Positions 53,571 to 61,451 of a stretch of 64,000 bases of DNA are shown here, in pieces (the stretch's first letter is position 1; each line of letters begins with the position of its first letter). Source of the stretch: Patescibacteria group bacterium (lineage in GTDB: Bacteria > Patescibacteriota > Minisyncoccia > Phycocordibacterales > UBA9973); the NCBI GenBank assembly GCA_038063515.1, contig JBBTUY010000004.1, positions 35,717 to 99,716 on the forward strand, in the 5' to 3' direction. The notes below the pieces were generated by a model that saw nothing but the letters and a program-made list of their open reading frames with translations, did no database searches and had not been told where the DNA came from. The translations under genes and the position numbers were made by a program.

Positions 53571-54257
53571 TTTGCTTTGATCTTCATCATTTTCAAAAGA
53601 AAGATAACTATCTATAAAATCTTCAAAATCATTGTCGTAAGAAAAATATTCCGGAAAAGCTTCTTTATTTAAAATATTACTTTCACATCTATCTATCCCT
53701 GTATAGTCAATGTAACTAGAATACTTATACTTTTTTAAAAAATCTTGCCAAGTATTTGGATTTTGTTTATCGATCAGTTCTTGCCATCCAGAAAATTGTA
53801 AATCCAATGGATTCAAAGCTATATATCCAAAGAGGTGTTTTAAATATATATCTTCAGGGATATGTTTTGATTTAAATAATCCTCCAAATAAAGATCCTGT
53901 TCTTTGATATTTTATATTAAAATACATTGAATAACCGACACCTAGTTTTCTCATAAATTTAGTAATTCCACCTTCAACCTCTTCTTTAAGAAGAATATGA
54001 AAATGATTCGGCATGAGACACCATGCACCAATAGACACAAGTGCATTACTCCTTTTGTAAGAAAATATTTCTTCATAACTTTTATGTAAAATATTTATAA
54101 GATTATCGAGCCTTATAGATTCATCGGAATTAGCCACATAAAGTAACATGATGAAACGATTGTAATCGTGAGTGGATTTAAAAATAACCCTCTTGTCTAT
54201 CCCCCTATTATAAATATGATAAAATTCTCCTGGAACAAAAATATCTTTTCTTAACAT
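53565..54257 (-). CDS. REP-associated tyrosine transposase (RAYT) / IS200-IS605-family Y1 HuH transposase
   Basis: HuH motif MPNHFHILL, catalytic Tyr in YIALNP, EFYHIYNRG N-terminal block. Start chosen at ATG 54257 (MLRKDIF...); the track ORF uses an upstream TTG. Confidence 0.75.
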   Translation of the reverse strand: MLRKDIFVPGEFYHIYNRGIDKRVIFKSTHDYNRFIMLLYVANSDESIRLDNLINILHKSYEEIFSYKRSNALVSIGAWCLMPNHFHILLKEEVEGGITKFMRKLGVGYSMYFNIKYQRTGSLFGGLFKSKHIPEDIYLKHLFGYIALNPLDLQFSGWQELIDKQNPNTWQDFLKKYKYSSYIDYTGIDRCESNILNKEAFPEYFSYDNDFEDFIDSYLSFENDEDQSKH

Positions 54258-54283
54258 AAGAAAGAGTTTACCAAATTCGGGCT

Positions 54284-54323
54284 CCTCTAGCAAGAACGGT
54301 TCTTGCTAGAGGATTGCTAGAGG
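54284..54323. repeat. REP-like palindrome cctctagcaagaacggttcttgctagagg plus a partial tandem copy (attgctagagg)
   Basis: 14-bp arms. Lies between the pilM stop and the RAYT start. Confidence 0.75.
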
Positions 54324-54330
54324 AAATATT

Positions 54331-55458
54331 TTATTGAAGTTTGCGCAGTGCTAGACCCATAGCGACAGCAAACTCGGGACCCATGGTATCAAGAACTTTC
54401 TGCAAGAATTCTGGAGTCTTAACTTTAGAAAATGGATGACCTATCTCTATTTCAGCTTGGAAATTATTTGCAGAAACTTCTTTGAGACCCTTCATAAGCG
54501 CCCCACCACCAGAAAATATAACCTTGCTTATTGTTCTGTTGTATTTTTTCTCATAACTTAGTAATACGTTGTTTGTTTCAGACATTATGTAGTCTATGTG
54601 AATCTTGATAACGTCAGCTAAGCTTTTTTCTGTAGGGCTACCGTATAGTCCAAACTCTTTCTTGATCTTCTCAGCTTCGGCAAATGACATGCTTAGAGAC
54701 TTGGATATTGATTCTGTTATATACGCTCCCCCTCTCTCTATAGAGTGAAAACTTTTCACCATGCCAAACTCCACAATAGAGAGCTTGGTGCGGGACGCAC
54801 CAAAATCAATAAGGAGAACTGGAGAAAGTTCATGCTCAAAGTTTGATCTGATAGAAGAGAAAATTTCAATTTCAAAAAAAGGAGACTCGATCTTGCACTC
54901 TGCTAAAATAGAACGGAACTTAGCCACTGCGTCATTTTGAGTAGCTACCACGAGCACATTCATCTTGTCTATTTTTACTTCCTCTACATGCTCTCTGTTT
55001 AATTCTTCGAAAGAAGCCTCTTTGTTTGGTAAAACGAAATAATCAAGGGAAACTTCTGCAATGGGCACAGGAATGTATTTCCTAGCTTCAATAGAAACTA
55101 TCGAAAGCATTTCGTCTGCTTTTACCTGAGATGGTAGCTGTATTGTAAATATTAAACTTGATTGTACGGGTATAGACAAAACGCCTGAATTAGAAGAGAC
55201 ACTAGACTGCTTTAATACTTCCTTTAATGCGTCGGCTATTTTCTCTACGGAAAGATTTGTAGTGGCACCTATATCAAGGTCAGCATACGGACCAAGCTCT
55301 ATGATACCGTAAGTTTCGAGTATAACTCTACCCCCCTTCTTCTTTATCTCAACGACTTTGATGGCTGAAGTTCCAATATCAATACCCACAGCACCATCTT
55401 CTGTGCCTTTTATCATTTTCTCTATATTCCCAAAGATTGTTTTCAGCGGATTATCCAT
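54331..55458 (-). CDS. pilM: Type IV pilus assembly ATPase-fold protein PilM (actin-like)
   Basis: GAVGIDIGTSAIKVVEI... actin/HSP70-fold N-terminus; 375 aa. Confidence 0.8.
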   Translation of the reverse strand: MDNPLKTIFGNIEKMIKGTEDGAVGIDIGTSAIKVVEIKKKGGRVILETYGIIELGPYADLDIGATTNLSVEKIADALKEVLKQSSVSSNSGVLSIPVQSSLIFTIQLPSQVKADEMLSIVSIEARKYIPVPIAEVSLDYFVLPNKEASFEELNREHVEEVKIDKMNVLVVATQNDAVAKFRSILAECKIESPFFEIEIFSSIRSNFEHELSPVLLIDFGASRTKLSIVEFGMVKSFHSIERGGAYITESISKSLSMSFAEAEKIKKEFGLYGSPTEKSLADVIKIHIDYIMSETNNVLLSYEKKYNRTISKVIFSGGGALMKGLKEVSANNFQAEIEIGHPFSKVKTPEFLQKVLDTMGPEFAVAMGLALRKLQ

Positions 55459-55495
55459 TTATACTAAAAATACTAATATAATAATTATACCACAT

Positions 55496-56170
55496 ATGGC
55501 CTTTTTGAACACTATATTAAATGGAGTCTTAAATTTAATCTTTCCCATGAAATGCATAGACTGTGGAATTTCAGGATCAAATTTTTGCAATACATGCATA
55601 GGTCAGGCTCCGATCTCAGACAGAGAAGTGTCAAGTTGGATATACCCGACATTCGACTATAGACACCCACCGGTCAAGAAAGCCTTGTGGCTAATAAAAT
55701 ACAAAAGCAAGAAGAGCTTAGTGAAAATATTTGCCGAAATAATGTATGACAGGATGATAGCAGAGCTTGCAGACTTGTCTCAATTAGAAAATTTTAATAA
55801 TTCCATCTTGATACCCATTCCCCTTTCAAAAAAAGGACACAGAGAGAGAGGATACAATCAAGCAGAATTACTTTGCGAAGAATTAATAGAGATAGATAAA
55901 AATACAAATTTTAAACTAGGAAAAAATATTCTAGTAAAGACAAAAGACACAGGGCACCAAGCTCACATTAAAAACAAAGGCGAAAGAATGAAGAATATCA
56001 TTGGTGCTTTTAGTATTAAAGATTTAGATAAAAATATAAATTTGATAAAAAATAAAAATATAATCCTAATAGATGACATAACCACTACAGGAGCTACGCT
56101 CGGTGAAGCAAAGAAAGTGCTAAAAAACGCTGGTGCAAGAAAAATAATAGCTTTTACTATAGCACATTGA
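55496..56170 (+). CDS. comF: ComF-family competence protein (ComFC-like phosphoribosyltransferase with an N-terminal zinc finger)
   Basis: CIDCGISGSNFCNTC zinc finger; PRTase motif IILIDDITTTGATLGEAKKVL. Start set at MAFLNTIL; divergent from pilM. Confidence 0.75.
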   Translation: MAFLNTILNGVLNLIFPMKCIDCGISGSNFCNTCIGQAPISDREVSSWIYPTFDYRHPPVKKALWLIKYKSKKSLVKIFAEIMYDRMIAELADLSQLENFNNSILIPIPLSKKGHRERGYNQAELLCEELIEIDKNTNFKLGKNILVKTKDTGHQAHIKNKGERMKNIIGAFSIKDLDKNINLIKNKNIILIDDITTTGATLGEAKKVLKNAGARKIIAFTIAH

Positions 56171-56183
56171 TATAATAACCTCT

Positions 56184-57395
56184 ATGTCACATTGTAAAGA
56201 TTGCGAACCAGCACAAGAAAGTCATTTTGTAGCATATACCTCAGTCGTACTAGGATGGATAGATGAGCCATTTTTTGGACTCATGGAAAAAATGTTTAAA
56301 AATACAGCAGAAGTAATGGCGGACAAGCTGTCTATTCCATTTTTTGAAACCATGGTCTTCCTCGGACTCGGTAGATACTCATACAGGCCAGAGAAAAAGG
56401 ATACATACAGAACTAAATGTTTCTGGGATGAAGCAAGAAGACGAAACATTCAAATGCGTGAATTTCATCTCGGACCCATAGGTGACGCATTCGTGGCGAC
56501 CTTCACATACAAAGACGGTGACAAAGAAAAAAAGAAGACGCTGCTTTTTGATGGCTTACCTCGCCCTGGACTCAAAGACTCACCTTCTCTTAAATGGATG
56601 GACAACAAAGGCATAATGAAAACAAAATTCAAAGAAGCAGGTTTGCCTATAGCAGATGGGGGTGTGACATGGACGAAAAGTCAGGCAATAAAAATTTTTA
56701 ATCGCATCCAAAAGCCCATCATCACCAAGCCGAATTTAGGATCTAGAAGTAGACATACGATGATCCACATAAACACCCTCGAGGATTTGATGGTGGGATT
56801 TAAAAAAGCCAAGAAACTCTCTCCTCTAGTCATAGTCGAGGAAGAACTTCGCGGATACTTGTTTAGAGGAACACTAGTAAATCAAAAAATTGTAGCAGTC
56901 ATAAAACGTGACCAACCAGAAGTCACCGGTGACGGTATTCATACTCTTCAACACTTGCTCGATGAAGAAAACAAAAGACCAGAAAGACAAGGCCCGATAT
57001 ACCACATCATACCCATAGACAAAGAAGCAGAAATAGAGCTAAAAAGACAAAATGTAAAGTTAGACGACGTAATAGAAAAAGGTAAAGTAATAACTTTCTC
57101 CCAAAAGACAAGTAGGAGTTGTGGAGGTACTACTACAGATGTCACAGATATAATTCATCCTGATAACAAAGAAATGCTCGAAAACGTAGGCAAACTTTTA
57201 AATGACCCACTTGTGGGCGTAGATTTTATAATAGAAGATATAACCAAATCATGGAAAGAAGAACAACATTCGGGCATCATAGAGTGCAACAGTCTGCCGT
57301 TTATAGACCTGCACCACTACCCTCTCTTTGGTAAGCCAGTCAACGTAGCAGGAAAACTCTGGGATCTCGTACTACCCGAGTCGCATATAGACTAA
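56184..57395 (+). CDS. ATP-grasp enzyme resembling the N-terminal (aspartate-adding) half of cyanophycin synthetase CphA. No Mur-ligase half.
   Basis: Blocks NQKIVAVIKRDQPEVTGDGIHTLQHLL, TDIIHPDNKEMLENVGKLL and VGVDFIIEDITKSWKEEQHSGIIECNSLPF parallel the CphA ATP-grasp core. Confidence 0.55.
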   Translation: MSHCKDCEPAQESHFVAYTSVVLGWIDEPFFGLMEKMFKNTAEVMADKLSIPFFETMVFLGLGRYSYRPEKKDTYRTKCFWDEARRRNIQMREFHLGPIGDAFVATFTYKDGDKEKKKTLLFDGLPRPGLKDSPSLKWMDNKGIMKTKFKEAGLPIADGGVTWTKSQAIKIFNRIQKPIITKPNLGSRSRHTMIHINTLEDLMVGFKKAKKLSPLVIVEEELRGYLFRGTLVNQKIVAVIKRDQPEVTGDGIHTLQHLLDEENKRPERQGPIYHIIPIDKEAEIELKRQNVKLDDVIEKGKVITFSQKTSRSCGGTTTDVTDIIHPDNKEMLENVGKLLNDPLVGVDFIIEDITKSWKEEQHSGIIECNSLPFIDLHHYPLFGKPVNVAGKLWDLVLPESHID

Positions 57396-57886
57396 TTTTT
57401 CTCAAACATTATTTCAGAGTCTGGGTTGTATGCATCAGGATCCATGACTAAGTGAGAAGTGTATTTTTCTGATACAACGAAATCACCTAAGAATTTAAGG
57501 AATTCTTCCTTCCTTCCTTTCTTTCCTTTTTCTTCTAAATGCTCGAGGGGGTGAGCTTCAGGAGTAAATTCATAATGCCCCCTTATCTCTCCGTCACTAT
57601 ATACACGTAAGTGGTATTGATCTTGGAAATCATCTAATTTCCTCCAACTTAAAACCTGATCAGTGTCAGTCCATGCTATGAAATGATTCCCGAAACCCCA
57701 GCTCTCATGTAGGTGCTTCTTTAATTCTTCTAGGGTCTTGCCTTGTCTCAAATATCCTATGTGGTATTTCTGCCTTGAGCTGTCGTGATGAATGATACCC
57801 CACTTAAGTAGTGTTCTCTGCATAGGCAAGAAAAACCTGTATATATGATGCCAAGCCTTGTATTTCAATCTATCGAAAAAACTCAT
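57392..57886 (-). CDS. Hypothetical protein (164 aa, His/Trp-rich, no recognised domain)
   Basis: ORF only. Convergent with the ATP-grasp gene (4-nt overlap). Upstream neighbour is yhhQ. Confidence 0.35.
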   Translation of the reverse strand: MSFFDRLKYKAWHHIYRFFLPMQRTLLKWGIIHHDSSRQKYHIGYLRQGKTLEELKKHLHESWGFGNHFIAWTDTDQVLSWRKLDDFQDQYHLRVYSDGEIRGHYEFTPEAHPLEHLEEKGKKGRKEEFLKFLGDFVVSEKYTSHLVMDPDAYNPDSEIMFEKN

Positions 57887-57954
57887 AAGGATATAATAGC
57901 ATATTTTAAATTTAATTTAACATATCATTTACGAGTGAATTTATAGATAAAGTT

Positions 57955-58635
57955 TTATTTCAACGAAAAAGGATTAAAATTTGTATCAGTATCATAATAG
58001 TCTTCATTTTCTTTTTTCTTCAAGAAAGAGATTATTTTATACGTTACAGGGGTAAAAAATATTTCTATTAGTGTTTTAAAAATATAATTAGAGATAATGA
58101 GTGTGACGAGTAAAGAAAAAGGAAATATACCCGAAAATGCAATTAATATAAATAAACTGCTATCTACAAGCTCGCCGACTACAGTAGAGCCCACAGTACG
58201 CATCCAGAGATGTTTACCTTTTGACCACAACTTCATTTTAATTAAAATAAAGGAGTTTGAAAAACTTCCGAAAGTGTACGCAATGAGACTCGCTATCACA
58301 ATACGAGGAGTAAATCCTAGGATGCTATCATATGCCATTTGATTATTCCAATCCGCTGCAGGAGGCAGCTTCCCAACAATTATAAACACAACAGACATCA
58401 TCAATGCAGAAAAAAAACCAAGCCATATTATTCCACGAGTTCTTTTATATCCATAAACTTCGGCTAGTATGTCTCCGAAAATATAACTCAATGGAAACAA
58501 CAAGGTTCCTGCATCAAATGTAAACCAGCCCAAACTAACTATCTTAGTAGATGCAATATTTGAAATCAGAAGCACTGACACAAAAAATACGCTAATGGGA
58601 ACTAAGTATATATAATTTTTTCCTTCTTTATTCAT
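57955..58635 (-). CDS. yhhQ: Queuosine-precursor transporter YhhQ (Vut_1/DUF165 family)
   Basis: Hallmark LFPLSYIFGDILAEVYGY motif; 6 TM; 226 aa. Confidence 0.75.
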   Translation of the reverse strand: MNKEGKNYIYLVPISVFFVSVLLISNIASTKIVSLGWFTFDAGTLLFPLSYIFGDILAEVYGYKRTRGIIWLGFFSALMMSVVFIIVGKLPPAADWNNQMAYDSILGFTPRIVIASLIAYTFGSFSNSFILIKMKLWSKGKHLWMRTVGSTVVGELVDSSLFILIAFSGIFPFSLLVTLIISNYIFKTLIEIFFTPVTYKIISFLKKKENEDYYDTDTNFNPFSLK

Positions 58636-58689
58636 AAAATATATTTTTTAAATTAAAAAACAACTTGATCAACGGATAATTTATTGTCT

Positions 58690-58781
58690 TGGCGGAGCCG
58701 GACGGATTCGAACCGTCGAGGGGTTTTGAAGCCCCTGCCTCTTTAGCAAAGAGGTACGTTAGACCACTCTGACACGGCTCC
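58690..58781 (-). tRNA. tRNA-Ser (anticodon GCT). Type II; CCA encoded; the D-arm pairs poorly.
   Basis: Manual fold of the reverse complement: acceptor GGAGCCG/CGGCTCC, anticodon stem CCTCT/AGAGG with loop TTGCTAA, long variable arm AGGGGCTTCAAAACCCCT, T-arm GACGG-TTCGAAT-CCGTC, G73, CCA. Confidence 0.65.
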
Positions 58782-58862
58782 TTTGGCTATTTTCATACTC
58801 TATCATATTATTATGGTTTTTCCATTTTTTTCTGGTATACTCTTTTTAGTTAGCAGATAGAA

Positions 58863-58952
58863 GGACAGATGGGTGAGTGGCTTAAACCAGCGGTTTACTA
58901 AACCGCCGTCCCCTTAAAAGGACCGTGAGTTCGAATCTCACTCTGTCCGCCA
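58863..58952 (+). tRNA. Type II Ser-like tRNA gene with an atypical anticodon loop (UUACUAA, apparent anticodon ACU); CCA encoded
   Basis: Manual fold: acceptor GGACAGA/TCTGTCC, D-stem GGT/ACC, anticodon stem GCGGT/ACCGC, long variable arm, T-arm GTGAG-TTCGAAT-CTCAC, G73, CCA. A34 is not expected in a bacterial tRNA-Ser. Confidence 0.55.
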
Positions 58953-59051
58953 GTAGTTTTGAAAAGTAGTCGCTAGAAAGTTCTTATTTTAGGCTACATT
59001 TCAAAACTGAAAAGTGATAAAATGAGTGAACCCTGAAGGGATTCGAACTGT

Positions 59052-59483
59052 ATGATTTTTCAAGAAGCACCACCAGATTTTAATAAGGAAATAGACGTCG
59101 TTGGCTGCTATGTCCAGTATGACGGTAAATTTGTTTTGCTTCATCGTCAACCATATAAAACCAATGGGAATAAATTAGGTCTTCCCGCGGGCAAGGTCGA
59201 TCGAGGAGAAAATATTCATCAGGCAATGAGTCGAGAGATTAAAGAAGAAACAGGCCTAGAAATACCCGAGGAAAATCTGGAACACATCGGTACAGTATTC
59301 GTTAGAAATGAAGGTCATGACATTGGCTACCACATGTTTATCACTCACTTGTCAGCTCAACCAGAAGTAATCATTAGTCCTAAAGAGCATCAGGCATATA
59401 TCTGGGCATCACCCTCTGAAGCACTCAAAATGGATTTGATACATGACTTAGACGACTGTATTAAGATGTATTACCAAATTTAA
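59052..59483 (+). CDS. NUDIX hydrolase
   Basis: Nudix box GKVDRGENIHQAMSREIKEETGL. 143 aa. Confidence 0.8.
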   Translation: MIFQEAPPDFNKEIDVVGCYVQYDGKFVLLHRQPYKTNGNKLGLPAGKVDRGENIHQAMSREIKEETGLEIPEENLEHIGTVFVRNEGHDIGYHMFITHLSAQPEVIISPKEHQAYIWASPSEALKMDLIHDLDDCIKMYYQI

Positions 59484-59495
59484 ACACCAATCTTT

Positions 59496-59669
59496 ATGAG
59501 GAAAGTTAAGCAAATAAAAAAGAATCTCGGTATCTCACCAGAACTTCTGACGAAACTTCGTCGCGCTACTCTTATAGCCTCCGCTGGTTCATCTACACGC
59601 CTTAAAGGTTCAAAACTCTCAGATAAAGAAGTAGAGCGAGTAGCTAATACTGTTTTTGGGCAAAAGTAG
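59496..59669 (+). CDS. Small ORF (57 aa) MRKVKQIKKNLGISPELLTKLRRATLIASAGSSTRLKGSKLSDKEVERVANTVFGQK, 12 nt after the NUDIX gene. Function unknown.
   Basis: Below the 60-aa cutoff of the ORF track. No clear SD. Confidence 0.2.
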   Translation: MRKVKQIKKNLGISPELLTKLRRATLIASAGSSTRLKGSKLSDKEVERVANTVFGQK

Positions 59670-59817
59670 GAATATCGAATAAGGCAGGATTTTCTTTGTA
59701 GATTCGCCTCAAATCCCGTACAATTTTATCAACACTCCTGAAATCAAGCCGTTTCGGTTCTAATTTCGGGACATCGCCACCGCAGATTTTTTTTAATTAA
59801 CTTTTATAATATAGATT

Positions 59818-60705
59818 CTAGTTATTAAACGCATCTCGTAGAGTTTGGATATCAAACTTTTTCATTTTCATGAAAGCCTCGGTGACACGAGCTATTTGTT
59901 CTTTGGTGCCAGTAGACATTATATGCTCCATTTCAGTAGGAACTACTTGCCATGGAAAGCCAAATTTATCTTTGAGCCAGCCACACTGCACCTCCTCTCC
60001 CCCTTCTGTTAATTTATCCCAATAGTAGTCTACTTCTTCTTGGGTATCGCAGTTTATCATAAAAGATATCGCTTGCTCGAAGTTAAGTGGACTTTTCTTG
60101 CCGCTATCCATAGCTGCCATGAAAAAATTTTCTATAGTAAAGCCAGCGTGCTTCACCACAGCATTTGTCTCTACTACTTCTTTGTCTGCTTCCTCGTATT
60201 TCATCATGTAGTTAATATTTGAATTATGAAATACACTTGTGTAAAAATTCACAGCTTCTTCTGCACGACCACAAGCATCCCCCGCAAACATAAGTGTAGG
60301 TATCACTTTCTGCGGAGACTTCATGGTCGAAGAAAACATGATCTGCCATGACACTCCATACTGGTCCTCTACCCAGCCATACTTGTCTGCAAATGGATAT
60401 GCAGCTAGCTCCATGAGCACCTTGCCAGTACTTGAGAGTTTACCCCAAAGTTCATCTACCTCTTCTGTGGAGTCACAAGATATGATGAAAGACACAGTAG
60501 GATTAAACTTATTAAATGGCCCGGCTACCATGAGACTAAAATCCGTACCAAAGATATTAAGCGTACCCATCTGCACACTACCAGAAGGAGTGTTTTCGAG
60601 CTCTCCGGCACCACTAAACTTCGTACCTGGAAATACTGAAATATAAAAATCAGTGATCCCTTTCATATCTTTCTCAAACCATAAAAACGGTATTATTTTT
60701 TGCAT
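59818..60705 (-). CDS. Tandem VOC/PhnB-like (3-demethylubiquinone-9 3-methyltransferase-domain) protein
   Basis: Two repeats, each opening with I(I/P)PFLWF / VIPTLMF...YGVSWQI / FGFPWQV blocks typical of the PhnB/YjdN family. Confidence 0.6.
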   Translation of the reverse strand: MQKIIPFLWFEKDMKGITDFYISVFPGTKFSGAGELENTPSGSVQMGTLNIFGTDFSLMVAGPFNKFNPTVSFIISCDSTEEVDELWGKLSSTGKVLMELAAYPFADKYGWVEDQYGVSWQIMFSSTMKSPQKVIPTLMFAGDACGRAEEAVNFYTSVFHNSNINYMMKYEEADKEVVETNAVVKHAGFTIENFFMAAMDSGKKSPLNFEQAISFMINCDTQEEVDYYWDKLTEGGEEVQCGWLKDKFGFPWQVVPTEMEHIMSTGTKEQIARVTEAFMKMKKFDIQTLRDAFNN

Positions 60706-60716
60706 GCTTTGTGGAA

Positions 60717-61103
60717 TTATTTAATTTTCTTTGTAACCTTTGCCACCTGCTTAGATACATCTTTCCACTCGCTTTTTATAGTCTTAGCTATAGCACTTAC
60801 GTCCTTGGCAGCAAGCTTGTATTCCTTTGCATAATTTTTAGATACTGTGTCTACTACTTTGTTGTAAATTGGCGCACTTACTTTCTTTGCCTTCTTTATC
60901 TCAGCACTTACTTCTTTCTTCATTTTAGCGATCAACGCCTTTGCTTTCTTTTGATTTGTTTTACCATCGGGACCCATAAGATAATAAGCTCCAGCACCTG
61001 CAAGTGCTACCCCCGCTGCACCTATGACTCCAAGAGAAACTTTCTCCCCTGTTGATAAGCCACCCTTTTTAACAGCTGCTGTACTTTTTGTATTTTTTTT
61101 CAT
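60717..61103 (-). CDS. YtxH-like (DUF948-related) membrane-anchored Lys/Ala-rich stress protein
   Basis: LGVIGAAGVALAGAGAYYLMGPDGK Gly-zipper TM segment followed by a K/A/E-rich amphipathic region. Confidence 0.4.
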   Translation of the reverse strand: MKKNTKSTAAVKKGGLSTGEKVSLGVIGAAGVALAGAGAYYLMGPDGKTNQKKAKALIAKMKKEVSAEIKKAKKVSAPIYNKVVDTVSKNYAKEYKLAAKDVSAIAKTIKSEWKDVSKQVAKVTKKIK

Positions 61104-61135
61104 ATTTTTTATTTTAATATTTTTTTAATAAACTT

Positions 61136-61387
61136 TTAATCTTTTCGACGTCTTTTCTTTCCACCAAACAAAAAACTAAATACCATGCTATTTCTCACAT
61201 CTTCGAGAAGCTCTTTTGTGGTATCCCCTATGTGGTCTATGTCTTTCTCTATCTTATCTAAAATTCTAGAAAATGTGCCCGCTGCACGATTTAAATAGAA
61301 CAGTAGAACTGCAATAAGAATAAAAAGTATCACAAAACCGACACTGGAGATAAGGAAGAAAATATGCATTTGTGAAAATTGATCCAT
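61136..61387 (-). CDS. DUF948-like small membrane protein (TM plus coiled coil, basic tail)
   Basis: 83 aa; N-terminal TM; DKIEKDIDHIGDTTKELLEDV; KKRRRKD tail. Confidence 0.35.
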   Translation of the reverse strand: MDQFSQMHIFFLISSVGFVILFILIAVLLFYLNRAAGTFSRILDKIEKDIDHIGDTTKELLEDVRNSMVFSFLFGGKKRRRKD

Positions 61388-61451
61388 TGATTAATTATAG
61401 ACCTTTCCAGGTAAATTGCAAAAACCATCCTTTTCTGATATGCTACTTCTA

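Larger units (their letters stand above)
53544..54323 (-). mobile_element. REP-RAYT-REP unit inserted between pilM and pilN
   Basis: Y1 transposase gene flanked on both sides by copies of one palindromic repeat. Lies within a minus-strand pilus operon. Confidence 0.55.

Noticed and set aside
54258-54293. TTG-initiated 12-aa N-terminal extension of the RAYT ORF (MLEEPEFGKLFL).
   Set aside because: It overlaps the REP palindrome. RAYT/IS200 homology (YHIYNRG block) starts after the ATG at 54257.
55358-55495. 46-aa N-terminal extension of the comF track ORF overlapping pilM.
   Set aside because: The extension lies inside the pilM coding region on the other strand. ComF homology, including the zinc finger, begins at the internal Met at 55496.
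59010-59052. tRNA-like fragment (gaaccctgaagggattcgaac) just upstream of the NUDIX gene; possible tRNA 3'-half or att-site remnant.
   Set aside because: It contains a T-loop-like GGATTCGAAC but the flanks do not form a T-stem or acceptor stem. It is not a direct repeat of either neighbouring tRNA 3' end. Kept only as context for the atypical tRNA finding.
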